64,000 nucleotides of DNA from Tagaea sp. (GCA_965279525.1 CBDIIB010000005.1:1-64000); one strand, 5' to 3'. Shown: positions 21,095 through 36,358, counted from the stretch's first letter. Numbers and translations: made by a program. The notes: a model not told the origin generated them from the letters alone.

Positions 21095-22030
21095 TCAAGC
21101 GCCGGCGGCGCGCATGCGTGCGCGCACGCGCTCGCGCCAGATCACGTAGAGCCCGGCGGCGACGACGATCGCGGCCCCCCACCAGACATTGTCGGCCGGC
21201 CACTCGTCCCAGAAGACCCAGCCGATGATCGCGGCCCATACGAGCTCGGTGTAGTTGAAGGGTGCGATGGCACCCACGGGCGCCAGGCGGAACGCGCGGT
21301 AGCTCAGGAACTGGCCGAGGATGAGGAAAAAGCTCATCGCGGCCATGGCCATCCAGACCGAACCGGGGACCGGGCCCAGCGTCCCGGGCAGCAGCGCCAT
21401 GCCGGCGAGGCCGACGACCATCTGCACGAAGCACTGCATGACGATCATCGTCATGTCGCTTTCGGTCGGCGAGAGCCAGCGCACCATCGTCATGCCCATC
21501 GCGTAGAGCGCGGCCGCACTCAGCGCCAGGATCGCGCCGACGGAGACGATCCCGTCGGCCGCCTCCGGCCCGATGATGACGCCCACGCCCGCGAATCCGA
21601 CGACGACCGCCGTCCAGCGGTGGATGCCCACCCGCTCCTTCAGCAGCACGACCGAATAGGCCGTCATCAGCAGGGGCGCCACGAAACAGATGGCGATGGC
21701 GGTGGCCAGCGGAAGTTCCCGCAGGCTTTCGAAGAAGCACCACATCGAGCCTGCCGCCACGAGCCCGCGCAGCAGGTGCGCCCCGGGCCGGCGCGTGCGC
21801 AGCGTGGCAAGCGCGCCCGTCGCCGACAGGTAACAGATCAGGATCGCGAACACGATCGTCGAGCGGATGCCCATGATCTGCAACGACGTGAGGTAGCCGA
21901 CCAGGAACTTCGCGACCGCGTCCATCACCGACATCATGAACACGCCCGCGATCATGTAGGCGATGCCGCTGAGCGGGCGGTCGGAACGCAACGGTGTTGC
22001 CGGGGCCGAATCGGTCGGGGGGTGAGCCAT
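21095..22030 (-). CDS. DMT/EamA-family transporter
   Basis: About 10 TM helices; LKERVGIHRW, APFNYTELVWA. Confidence 0.9.
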   Translation of the reverse strand: MAHPPTDSAPATPLRSDRPLSGIAYMIAGVFMMSVMDAVAKFLVGYLTSLQIMGIRSTIVFAILICYLSATGALATLRTRRPGAHLLRGLVAAGSMWCFFESLRELPLATAIAICFVAPLLMTAYSVVLLKERVGIHRWTAVVVGFAGVGVIIGPEAADGIVSVGAILALSAAALYAMGMTMVRWLSPTESDMTMIVMQCFVQMVVGLAGMALLPGTLGPVPGSVWMAMAAMSFFLILGQFLSYRAFRLAPVGAIAPFNYTELVWAAIIGWVFWDEWPADNVWWGAAIVVAAGLYVIWRERVRARMRAAGA

Positions 22031-22080
22031 GATGCGGCGAACGGTATAGCGGTTTAGGGCGTCGTCCGCGAGCCTGCGGG

Positions 22081-22109
22081 TTGAAAAGCCCGCGCAAGAT
22101 GCCAATATC
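22081..22109 (+). promoter_or_regulatory. Putative sigma70 promoter for the rnk leader
   Basis: TTGAAA-N17-AATATC, 6 nt before ATG 22116. Confidence 0.55.
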
Positions 22110-22115
22110 TTCCTC

Positions 22116-22175
22116 ATGTCTCCTCGTCGTCTCCATTCCCTCGGCCGCGCAGGCCGGCTCGTCGCGGGCGCCTAG
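22116..22175 (+). CDS. Putative leaderless leader peptide MSPRRLHSLGRAGRLVAGA upstream of rnk
   Basis: ATG at the expected TSS; TAG stop immediately followed by a hairpin at 22176-22219. Confidence 0.45.
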   Translation: MSPRRLHSLGRAGRLVAGA

Positions 22176-22289
22176 GCCCCGGATTTCCCTTGCGGCACCG
22201 CGCCCGGGATATCCGGGGCAGCCGCCGATCAATGATCCGACGCATTTCACGAAGTCCGCGCGCCCCCGGCACGCGGCAGGAGACGACAC

Positions 22290-22696
22290 ATGGAAAACCG
22301 AAAGAACGGCATGCCCCGCCCGCCGATCCGCATGATCGACGAAGAGAGCGAGCGCATCGCCGAGCTGGCGCTCGGCGCCGAGACGCGCCTGCCCGACGTC
22401 GCGGCCCTGCTGCTGGACGAGATCGATCGCGCACGGCTGATGCCGGCGGCCGAAATCCCGCCGGACGTCGTCACGATGGGTTCGCAAGTCGAATTCACCG
22501 ACGCGCGCAGCGGCGAGCGGCGCACCGTGCGGCTCGTCTGGCCGGCGCATGCCGATATCGACGCCGGCCGCGTGTCGATCCTGACGCCGGTGGGCGCCGG
22601 GCTGATCGGTCTCAGTCCCGGCCAGTCGATCGCATGGCCCGATCGCGACGGGCGTGTGCGCACGCTCGACGTGCTGCGGGTGGCGCCGCCGGCCGG

Positions 22697-22700
<4 letters not shown>
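22290..22700 (+). CDS. rnk: Nucleoside diphosphate kinase regulator (GreA/B-like)
   Basis: [38 protein letters not shown]; GGAGA SD. Confidence 0.9.
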
Positions 22701-26293
<3,593 letters not shown>

Positions 26294-26314
26294 GGAGCCG
26301 AGGCTAGCCGTCCC

Positions 26315-26836
26315 TTACGCCGCGATCAATCGGCCGCCGCGAAGCATCCTCCGCGGCCGGAGGATGCCCTTCACGCCGGCGAACGCGTCCTTCGCCAGCG
26401 CGCAGGCGAGCAGCCGCTCCGGCTTCTCGCCCGGCATGACCAGCCCCATCGGAGCCGCCGGCACGAAGCCGAAGCGCGCGTAATAGCCGATGTCGCCGAC
26501 CAGCACGACGCGCGTGAAATTCATCCACGCGGCGGCGTCCAGCGTGTCGCGCATCAGCGCCACGCCGATCCCCCGGCCCTTGAGCGCCGGCTCGACCGCG
26601 ATGGGGCCGAGCAACAGCGTGTCGTGGCCGCCGGCCTCGATGTTCCAGTAGCGGATCGTGCCGAGCAGCCGGCCGTCGTCGTCGCCACGCGCCACGCGCG
26701 AGAGTTCGCCCACCGGAGCGGCTTGCGCCCGGTAGCGGTACGAGATCTTCGATTGCCGGCCGGGGCCGAAGGCCCGGTCGAGGAGCTGGTCGATGGCGGA
26801 CGCGTCGGCGGGCCGCTCGGGGGTCAGGTGGAACAT
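26315..26836 (-). CDS. GNAT N-acetyltransferase (YhbS-like)
   Basis: AFGPGR, LLLGPIAVEP..KGRGIG, LVGD..YYARFGF. Confidence 0.9.
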   Translation of the reverse strand: MFHLTPERPADASAIDQLLDRAFGPGRQSKISYRYRAQAAPVGELSRVARGDDDGRLLGTIRYWNIEAGGHDTLLLGPIAVEPALKGRGIGVALMRDTLDAAAWMNFTRVVLVGDIGYYARFGFVPAAPMGLVMPGEKPERLLACALAKDAFAGVKGILRPRRMLRGGRLIAA

Positions 26837-26940
26837 GGGCTTTACTCGCGAAAAGGGGGGACGGCGTCGGAGAGACGCACGCTGTCGCGGGGAAAAAGCC
26901 AGATTTTACAGAAGGTTGGTTCCGGCAGTCCGAACGCGAA

Positions 26941-27006
26941 TCAACGCACGCTGGGGCAAAGGCCCAGTGTTCGTCGTCGCGAGGAGAGGATCGTGCGGGT
27001 AACCAT
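26941..27006 (-). CDS. Putative leaderless leader peptide MVTRTILSSRRRTLGLCPSVR
   Basis: ATG 8 nt after the -10 box; three consecutive CGA codons at 26979-26971; TGA at 26943-26941. Confidence 0.55.
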   Translation of the reverse strand: MVTRTILSSRRRTLGLCPSVR

Positions 27007-27014
27007 GATGGGTA

Positions 27015-27043
27015 GATATAGGAACACGGACGCGATTCGTCAA
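27015..27043 (-). promoter_or_regulatory. Putative sigma70 promoter for uORF-GNAT-oplA
   Basis: TTGACG (27043-27038) -N17- TATATC (27020-27015). Confidence 0.7.
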
Positions 27044-27939
27044 ACCTTGAATTTCGGATCGAGCCAGTCGCGCAAGCTGTCACCGAACAGGTTGAAGGCG
27101 AAGACGGCCGCCGAAATGGCGAGGCCCGGAAACAGGATCATCCACGGCGCCTCGCGGTAGAAGTCCGACGCGTTGCCCGACAGCATCAGGCCCCAGGCGG
27201 GCGTGGGCTCGGTCACGCCGAGGCCCAGGAACGACAGCGACGCCTCCAAGAGGATCGCCTGCGCGATGAAGGCCGTGAACATGATCAGGAACGGGGCGGC
27301 CACGTTGGGCACCATGTGGCGGAAGATGATGCGCGTGTGGCTGAAGCCGGCCGCGCGCGCGGCGTCGATATAGGGCATCTCGCGGATCGAGAGGGCCGCC
27401 GCGCGCACCACGCGCGCCACCTTCGGCACGATCGGGATCGCGATGGCGAAGATGAGGTTGATGTCCACGCCCGCTATCTGGTTGCGCCCCAGCATCGCCA
27501 CGACGACGAGGGCGAGCACGATGATCGGGAACGACAGGATCACGTCGATGAAGCGCTGCACCACCATGTCGATGCGCCCGCCGAAATAGGCCGACGCCAC
27601 GCCGATCGTGGCCCCCAGCGTGCAGCCGAACAGCGACGAGAAGAACCCGATGGTCAGCGCCGTGCGCGCGCCGTAGATCACGCGGCTGAAGATGTCGCGC
27701 CCGAACGCGTCGGTCCCCATCAGGTGGTCGGCCGCGGGCGGTGCCAGCATCGCGCCGAAATCGATGTTGAGCGGGTCGTAGGGCGCCACGAGCTCGGCGA
27801 AGGCGCCGGCGAACAGCATCACGAGGATCGCCACGCCCGAGACGGCACCCAGCGGCTGGGCGATGCAGAAATCGACCAGCGGCGAGCGGCGCTTGGGGAT
27901 CTTGTAGGTGACGGTCGGCTGGGAGACGGCACCTTCCAT
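27040..27939 (-). CDS. Peptide/nickel ABC permease (DppC-like)
   Basis: HLMGTDAFGRDIFSR, YIDAARAAG, EASLSFLGLG, FNLFGDSLRD. Confidence 0.93.
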   Translation of the reverse strand: MEGAVSQPTVTYKIPKRRSPLVDFCIAQPLGAVSGVAILVMLFAGAFAELVAPYDPLNIDFGAMLAPPAADHLMGTDAFGRDIFSRVIYGARTALTIGFFSSLFGCTLGATIGVASAYFGGRIDMVVQRFIDVILSFPIIVLALVVVAMLGRNQIAGVDINLIFAIAIPIVPKVARVVRAAALSIREMPYIDAARAAGFSHTRIIFRHMVPNVAAPFLIMFTAFIAQAILLEASLSFLGLGVTEPTPAWGLMLSGNASDFYREAPWMILFPGLAISAAVFAFNLFGDSLRDWLDPKFKV

Positions 27940-27940
27940 G

Positions 27941-28900
27941 TCAGCGCCCCCCGAAGCGGATGCGCGGATCGAGCCACGCATAGAGGAGGTCGACCACCAG
28001 GTTCGACAGGATGAACACCACCGCGATCAGCATGACGATCGACTGGATCAGCGTGAAATCGTTGCGGCTGACGGCCTGCACGAACAGGCGGCCCACGCCG
28101 TTGAGGTTGAAGACCTGCTCGGTGACGACGAGGCCGCCGATCAGGAACGCGAACTCGAGCCCGATCACGGTGATCGCGGGCAGCATGGCGTTGCGCATCG
28201 CATGGCGCGAGACGACCATCTTCTCGAACACGCCCTTGGCGCGCGCGGTGCGGATATAGTCTTCCTTCATCACCTCGACGATCGAGGAGCGCACCATGCG
28301 CGCGACGACCGCCGAATAGCGGTAGCCCACGGCGAGGGCCGGCCAGATCAGCTGGCTGATGTTGGAGACGGGATCGACATAGAACGGCGTGTAGGTGATC
28401 GGCGGCAGCCAGTTGAACCAGTAAAGCAGCGCCAGGATGATGAGCATGCCGAGCCAGAAACTGGGCACGGCGAGGCCCGCGATCGTCACGATGCGCACGA
28501 CGTAGTCGATCCACGTATCCTTGAACAGCGCGGATATCGTGCCGAGCGGGATCGCGACCAATACGGCGATGATCGTGGCCATGACCGCGACCTGGAGCGT
28601 GAGCTCGAGGCGCAGCCCGATTTCTTCGGCGACCGGCCGGTCGGTCCACATCGAGTTGCCGAGGTCGAGCGTGGCGACTCCGACCATCCACTGCCCGAAC
28701 TGGACATGCAGCGGCTGGTCGAGGCCAAGACGCTTGCGCTCGTAGTCGAGGGTTTCCTGGGTGACGCTGCCGCCGTCCCCGCGCAGTTTCACCTCGACGA
28801 TATCGCCCGGCACGACCCTCAGCATGAAGAAGATGAGGACCGCGACCCCGATCAGCGTCGGGATCATCAGCAGCGTGCGGTTGACGAGGTAACCCAGCAT
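27941..28900 (-). CDS. Peptide/nickel ABC permease (DppB-like)
   Basis: DYIRTARAKG, RHAMRNAMLP, DLLYAWLDPRIR. Confidence 0.93.
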   Translation of the reverse strand: MLGYLVNRTLLMIPTLIGVAVLIFFMLRVVPGDIVEVKLRGDGGSVTQETLDYERKRLGLDQPLHVQFGQWMVGVATLDLGNSMWTDRPVAEEIGLRLELTLQVAVMATIIAVLVAIPLGTISALFKDTWIDYVVRIVTIAGLAVPSFWLGMLIILALLYWFNWLPPITYTPFYVDPVSNISQLIWPALAVGYRYSAVVARMVRSSIVEVMKEDYIRTARAKGVFEKMVVSRHAMRNAMLPAITVIGLEFAFLIGGLVVTEQVFNLNGVGRLFVQAVSRNDFTLIQSIVMLIAVVFILSNLVVDLLYAWLDPRIRFGGR

Positions 28901-28926
28901 CGGAAACGGCGGCCTTTCGCGTCAGA

Positions 28927-30528
28927 TCAGGTGTTCAGCCAGACCCCGGACAGGTCCTGTCCGAGGTTGTGGCTCGGCGACATCTGCCAGCCCATGACGT
29001 TGGCATGGGTCAGCACGATGCGGTGCCACCACAGCAGCGGCACCTGGTAGGCCTGGTCGAGGGCGCGCTTCTCGAACGCGCGGATCAGCTCGAAGCGCTT
29101 CTTGTCGTCGCGCTCGCGCGACTGGGCCGCATAGAGACGGTCCATTTCGGCGTCGATGGCGCGGCTGCGGTTCTCCGGCGCCTTGTTGAACGACAGATAC
29201 TTGGCGAGTGCCAGCGACGGTTCGTCCATGAACAGGTTCGAGAAGTCGATCGCCACGTCGAAATTGCCGCTCGACATGCCGGCGAGGTACGGCGACGTCT
29301 CCGACTGCCGGTGCTCGACATTGACGCCGATCTGGCGCCACTGGTCGACCACGAAGATGCCCGCCGGGGTGTAGGGCTGGGCGAGGTTGCGGTTGTGCAG
29401 GACGAACGTCAGGTTCGGCACGCCCGCCTCGCGCAGCAGGCGGCGTGCCTCGGCGCGCGCGGCGTTCATGTCGCGCCCGAAGCCCGGCACCTTGAGCAGG
29501 TCCTCGTCCTTCATCGCGAAGGGCGAGCCCGGACGGATGAGGCCGCCGGCGTCGCGCAGCGTGGCCGTGCGCGCGAGGCCCACGGCACCGCCGCGCCGGT
29601 CGATGGCAAGATGCAGCGCGCGGCGCACCCGCACGTCGTCGAACGGCTTCTTCTCGGTGTTGAAGACGATCATCAGGTTGAGCGTCCAGCTCGACTCTTC
29701 CGCGCGGATGCGGGTTCCCATCACCTGCACGATGCGGTCGCGCTCGGCGGGGCTGACGCCGCGGAACTCGGCCTGCACCTGGCCGCCCTGCAGCGCGTTC
29801 ATCATCGCGGCGGGCTGCGTGATGAACACGCCGCGGAAGCCGTCGAGATAGGGCATGCCCACCTTGAAGTAGCCGTCGAAGCGCGTGCCCGAGACGTGGC
29901 TGCCCTTGACGTGCTCGCCGAAGCGGAACGGACCGGACCCCATGATCGTGGTGCGCGGCGCGTTGGGATTGCCGGCCAGGACCGACGCCTTGTAGACCCA
30001 GTTCCACGGGCTCGCGAAATGCTCGAGCATCGCGGGGTTCGGCGCCTTCATCTTGAAGACGACGGTCTTGGGATCGGGTGTGTCGATCGTGTCGATGTCC
30101 TCGAACGTCGCCCTGCGGGTGGAGACCACGCCCGTCGGCGGGTTGCGCATCCGGTCGTAGGTCGCCTTGATGTCGGCCGACGTCACCGGCGAGCCGTCGT
30201 GGAAGTTAGCGTTGGGTGCCAGCTTGAACGTGTACGTCATCAGGTCGGGCGCCACTTCCCACGACACGGCGAGATCGGCCTTCACCTTGGGATAGTTGGC
30301 GAGGTCGAACTGCAGCAGCGTCGAATAGAACGGCGAACCGAAATGGAGCGTGGCGAACGTGTCGGAGCCGTGCGCGTCGTAGTGCGGCGATTCGGCCGAG
30401 ACCGCGTAGTTGAGCGTGCCGCCCCGCTTGGGGGCACCCTGCGCGCGGGAAGGCAGCGCATCGAGCAGGCCGATGCCGGCGGCGGTGAAGGCGGCGGCCT
30501 TCATGAAATCGCGACGGTTGTTGTTCAT
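28927..30528 (-). CDS. Family 5 ABC substrate-binding protein, Tat-exported
   Basis: NRRDFMK signal; DLAVSWEV, FHDGSPVTSAD, GSGPF, PFDDVRVRRAL. Confidence 0.92.
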   Translation of the reverse strand: MNNNRRDFMKAAAFTAAGIGLLDALPSRAQGAPKRGGTLNYAVSAESPHYDAHGSDTFATLHFGSPFYSTLLQFDLANYPKVKADLAVSWEVAPDLMTYTFKLAPNANFHDGSPVTSADIKATYDRMRNPPTGVVSTRRATFEDIDTIDTPDPKTVVFKMKAPNPAMLEHFASPWNWVYKASVLAGNPNAPRTTIMGSGPFRFGEHVKGSHVSGTRFDGYFKVGMPYLDGFRGVFITQPAAMMNALQGGQVQAEFRGVSPAERDRIVQVMGTRIRAEESSWTLNLMIVFNTEKKPFDDVRVRRALHLAIDRRGGAVGLARTATLRDAGGLIRPGSPFAMKDEDLLKVPGFGRDMNAARAEARRLLREAGVPNLTFVLHNRNLAQPYTPAGIFVVDQWRQIGVNVEHRQSETSPYLAGMSSGNFDVAIDFSNLFMDEPSLALAKYLSFNKAPENRSRAIDAEMDRLYAAQSRERDDKKRFELIRAFEKRALDQAYQVPLLWWHRIVLTHANVMGWQMSPSHNLGQDLSGVWLNT

Positions 30529-30671
30529 GGCGTATCCTCCTGTTCTGGTCCACCCGCCCGCATTTTTCGCGTTCGCGGATGGAATTTGACGGAAAAATAC
30601 CCGGCAGCCGGGGGGACGGCCGGGGTCGGCTTCAATGGACTACGCGGCACGCCCCCGCGTCAAGTTGGGCG

Positions 30672-32720
<2,049 letters not shown>

Positions 32721-32850
32721 GGCGTTTCCTCGGGGATGTCTGCCTGGCGGATAGGTGGCCTGTTCGGGATCGGGTGCACGGGTCGATGCCCCGCACCTCT
32801 CTTTTGGATCAGGCCCTTGCCTATCACGTGTTTCAGATTGTTTCCAGCCT

Positions 32851-33924
32851 TCAGGCGTTGGTGGCGCGCACCGCTTCGACGACCGCGTCGGTGACTTTCC
32901 GGGTGTCGGCTCTGCCGCCCAGATCGGCCGTATGCAAGCCGGGATCGGCGGTCACGCGCTCGATCGCCGCCATCAGGCGCGCGGCGGCCGCCGGCTCGCC
33001 CAGATGCTCGAGCATCATCACGGCCGACCAGAACGTGCCGACCGGATTGGCGATGCCCTTGCCCATGATGTCGAAGGCCGAGCCGTGGATCGGCTCGAAC
33101 ATCGAGGGAAATTTCCGCTCGGGATTGAGATTGGCGGTGGGTGCGATGCCGATCGAACCGGCGAGTGCGGCGGCAAGATCGGAAAGGATGTCGGCATGCA
33201 GGTTCGTCGCGACGATCGTGTCGAGCGAGGCGGGCTTGCGCACCATGCGCACCGTCATCGCGTCGACCAGTTCCTTGTCCCACGAAACGTCGGGAAATTC
33301 GCGCGCGGTCTCGGCGGCGATCTCGTCCCACATGACCATGCCGTGGCGCTGCGCGTTGGATTTGGTCACGACCGTGAGCTTGCGCCGCGGACGCGAACGG
33401 GCGAGCGCGAAGGCGAAGCGCATGATGCGCGCGACGCCCGCACGCGTGAAGATCGAGGTCTCGGTCGCCACTTCCTCGGGCAGGCCGCGGTGCGTGCGCC
33501 CGCCCTGCCCGGCATATTCGCCCTCGGAATTCTCGCGCACGATGATCCAGTCGAGATCCTTCGCCGTCACGCCGGCGAGCGGCGAGGCGATGCCCGGAAG
33601 TATGCGCGTCGGGCGCACGTTGGCGTACTGGTCGAAAGGCTGGCAGATCGCGAGGCGAAGGCCCCACAGCGTGACGTGGTCCGGCACGTCGGGCATGCCG
33701 ACGGCGCCGAAATAGATCGCGTCGAACGGCTTGAGCTGCACGAGCCCGTCGTCGGGCATCATCTTGCCGTGGCGCTTGTAATAGTCGCTGCCCCAGTCGA
33801 AGGAAGTCACGTCGAGTGCAAATCCCTCGCGCGCGGCAAGTGCCTCGAGCACGCGCAGGCCCGCCGGCACGACTTCCTTGCCGATTCCGTCGCCGGGAAT
33901 CGCGGCGATGCGATGGCGTTTCAT
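32851..33924 (-). CDS. Tartrate dehydrogenase / D-malate dehydrogenase (decarboxylating)
   Basis: [46 protein letters not shown]. Confidence 0.9.
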   Translation of the reverse strand: MKRHRIAAIPGDGIGKEVVPAGLRVLEALAAREGFALDVTSFDWGSDYYKRHGKMMPDDGLVQLKPFDAIYFGAVGMPDVPDHVTLWGLRLAICQPFDQYANVRPTRILPGIASPLAGVTAKDLDWIIVRENSEGEYAGQGGRTHRGLPEEVATETSIFTRAGVARIMRFAFALARSRPRRKLTVVTKSNAQRHGMVMWDEIAAETAREFPDVSWDKELVDAMTVRMVRKPASLDTIVATNLHADILSDLAAALAGSIGIAPTANLNPERKFPSMFEPIHGSAFDIMGKGIANPVGTFWSAVMMLEHLGEPAAAARLMAAIERVTADPGLHTADLGGRADTRKVTDAVVEAVRATNA

Positions 33925-34017
33925 ATGTGCTTCCTCATCTTCTCATTGCTCCGGCAGGCGCGGACTCTGATATACGAAATCGTCGGTGACCGGTAGGGAT
34001 CGGAGGCGGCTCGCGCA

Positions 34018-34746
34018 ATGTCGGTTTGGGGAAGTCTTCTCGGCGGAACGGCCGGTTACGCGCTTGGCGGCCCGCTCGGCGCCCTGATCGGTGCGGCCGC
34101 CGGCCACGCGATCGCGCGTGCGGCCTTCCGCAGCCCCGAGGACGAGGCGGCCGAGAAGCAGGTCGCCTTCACCATCGCGACGGTCGCCCTCGCGGCAAAG
34201 ATGGCCAAGGCAGACGGCGAGGTCTGCGCGCGCGAGAAAGCCGCATTCGCGCGCCTGTTCCGTTTCGACGAGGCCGAACGGCGCAACGTCGAGCGCGTGT
34301 TCGATCTCGCCACACGCTCGACCGCCGGCTACGAGGCCTATGCCCGCCAGGTCGCGGGCCTGTTCCCCAAAGGAGCACCCGCACTCGAGGAACTGCTCGA
34401 CTGCCTGTTCCACATCGCGGAATCCAACGGCGAGGTGACGGCGTCGGAGACCGAGTATCTTGCCGAGGTCGCGCGCATCTTCGGCATCGACACGCGCGAC
34501 TTCGAAGCCCTGCGCGAAGCCCAGCGCGGCCCGGACGATGCCGATCCCTGGCGGGTCCTCGGCATTCCACGCGATGCCGACGAAGAAACCGCGCGCAAGG
34601 CGTGGCGCGAACTCGTGCGCACGCACCATCCCGACGTGCTCACCGGCCAGGGCATGCCGCCCGAGTTCGTGGCGCTCGCCAACGCGCGTCTTTCGGTCAT
34701 CAACGCGGCCTGGGACAAGGTACGCAAGGGCAAGGGCTGGAAATGA
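34018..34746 (+). CDS. djlA: DjlA-like co-chaperone (TerB-like domain + J domain)
   Basis: Gly-rich TM GGPLGALIG, AKMAKADG, C-terminal J domain with HHPD. Confidence 0.85.
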   Translation: MSVWGSLLGGTAGYALGGPLGALIGAAAGHAIARAAFRSPEDEAAEKQVAFTIATVALAAKMAKADGEVCAREKAAFARLFRFDEAERRNVERVFDLATRSTAGYEAYARQVAGLFPKGAPALEELLDCLFHIAESNGEVTASETEYLAEVARIFGIDTRDFEALREAQRGPDDADPWRVLGIPRDADEETARKAWRELVRTHHPDVLTGQGMPPEFVALANARLSVINAAWDKVRKGKGWK

Positions 34747-35624
34747 AGCCGATCGACGTCGCCCTCGTGCTCGGCGTGATGGTGTTCTGGGGGCTCAATT
34801 TCGTCTTCGGGAAATGGGCGGTCGTCGAACTGCCGCCGATCTTCGCCATCGCGTGCCGCTTCACGCTCGTGGCCCTCATCCTGCTGCCGTTCGTGCGCGT
34901 GCCGCGCGGCGACCTGCTGCGCATCCTGCTGCTGTCGCTGACGCTGGGCTGCATCCATTTCAGCCTGTTCTTCACCGGCCTGTCCGGGCTCGATCCGGGC
35001 CTCAGCTCGATCGTGGCGCAGAGCCAGGCACCCTTCGCCACGCTGATCGGCGCCTATCTCTACAAGGACTATCCGGGCTGGCGGCGCTGGCTTGGCATGT
35101 CGCTCGCGTTCATCGGGATCTGGGTCGCGGCGGGCGAGCCGCGCATCGGCGGCGGCTATTTCTACATCTCGCTCTGCCTGGCGGGATCGCTCGTCTGGGC
35201 GGTCGCCAATTTCCAGATCAAGGCGCTGGGGCGGGTCGACAATTTCGCGCTCAACGCCTACATGGCGCTGTTCGCGGTCCCCATGCTGCTGGCGGTTTCC
35301 TTCACGCTCGAGTCCGGGCATGTCGAGGCGATCCGCACCGCCAGCGTCTATGCCTGGTTCGGCGTCGTCTACATGGCGGTCGTGATCTCGGTGTGCACGT
35401 ACTGGGTCTGGTACCGCCTGCTGCGCCGCTACGAGGTGAACCTCGTGGTGCCCTATTCGCTGCTGGTCCCGGTGTTCGGCGTGATGTCGGGCGTGCTGCT
35501 GGCCGACGATCCGCTGGGCTGGCGGACCATCGCGGGCTGCCTCGTCACGGTCGCCGGCGTTGGCATCATCACGATGCGCCGGCCCGGCATGTCCGATCCC
35601 GAAGCGCAGTCCAAGTCCACATGA
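34743..35624 (+). CDS. EamA-family transporter
   Basis: WGLNFV, LLVPVFG; ATGA overlap with djlA. Confidence 0.88.
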   Translation: MKPIDVALVLGVMVFWGLNFVFGKWAVVELPPIFAIACRFTLVALILLPFVRVPRGDLLRILLLSLTLGCIHFSLFFTGLSGLDPGLSSIVAQSQAPFATLIGAYLYKDYPGWRRWLGMSLAFIGIWVAAGEPRIGGGYFYISLCLAGSLVWAVANFQIKALGRVDNFALNAYMALFAVPMLLAVSFTLESGHVEAIRTASVYAWFGVVYMAVVISVCTYWVWYRLLRRYEVNLVVPYSLLVPVFGVMSGVLLADDPLGWRTIAGCLVTVAGVGIITMRRPGMSDPEAQSKST

Positions 35625-36358
35625 AGCGCATCTCCAGCCCGTCGCCGAATTTCGACGCGCGCCCCGAAGGCGTGCGCCCCGAGCTGCTGGTGCTGCACTA
35701 TACCGACACGAACACGCTCGCCGAGACGCTCGGCATCCTCCTCGATCCGGCGCGCAAGGTGAGCGCACACTACGTCCTCGACGAGGACGGCACGGTGCAT
35801 TCGCTCGTCGACGAGAACGCGCGCGCCTGGCACGCCGGTGTCGCGTGCTGGCGCGGGCTTCGCGACGTCAACGCGCGCTCGATCGGCATCGAGATCCAGA
35901 ATCCCGGACACCGCTGCGGCTACCGCGCGTTTCCCGAAGCCCAGATCGAAGCGCTGGCCACGCTGTGCCGGGAAATCGTCGCGCGGCACGCGATCGCGCC
36001 GCGCGACATCGTCGGCCATTCCGACGTGGCACCGGCGCGCAAGCGCGATCCGGGCGAACTGTTCCCGTGGGAACGGCTGGCGCAGGAAGGCGTCGGGCTT
36101 TTCCCGTCCGGCGTGGCACCGCGCCGGCGCGTCGTGCGCGACTTCGGCCCGGGCGAGCACGACGAGGCAATCCTCGCGGCCCAGAACGATCTCGCGCGGT
36201 TCGGCTATGACTGCCCGGCCACCGGCACGCTCGATGAAGCGACCGAGGCCGCGCTCGTCGCCTTCCAGCGCCGCTTCCGGCCCGCGCGTTTCGACGGCCG
36301 GCTCGACGGCGAGACGCAGGCCCGGCTCAGTGCTCTCCTCGCCCAAATTTTCCACTAG
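35621..36358 (+). CDS. N-acetylmuramoyl-L-alanine amidase (AmpD/AmiD type) with PG-binding domain
   Basis: SPNFDAR, VLHYT, VSAHY, RAWHAG, SIGIEI, GHSDVAPARKRDPG, AFQRRFRP. Confidence 0.92.
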   Translation: MKRISSPSPNFDARPEGVRPELLVLHYTDTNTLAETLGILLDPARKVSAHYVLDEDGTVHSLVDENARAWHAGVACWRGLRDVNARSIGIEIQNPGHRCGYRAFPEAQIEALATLCREIVARHAIAPRDIVGHSDVAPARKRDPGELFPWERLAQEGVGLFPSGVAPRRRVVRDFGPGEHDEAILAAQNDLARFGYDCPATGTLDEATEAALVAFQRRFRPARFDGRLDGETQARLSALLAQIFH

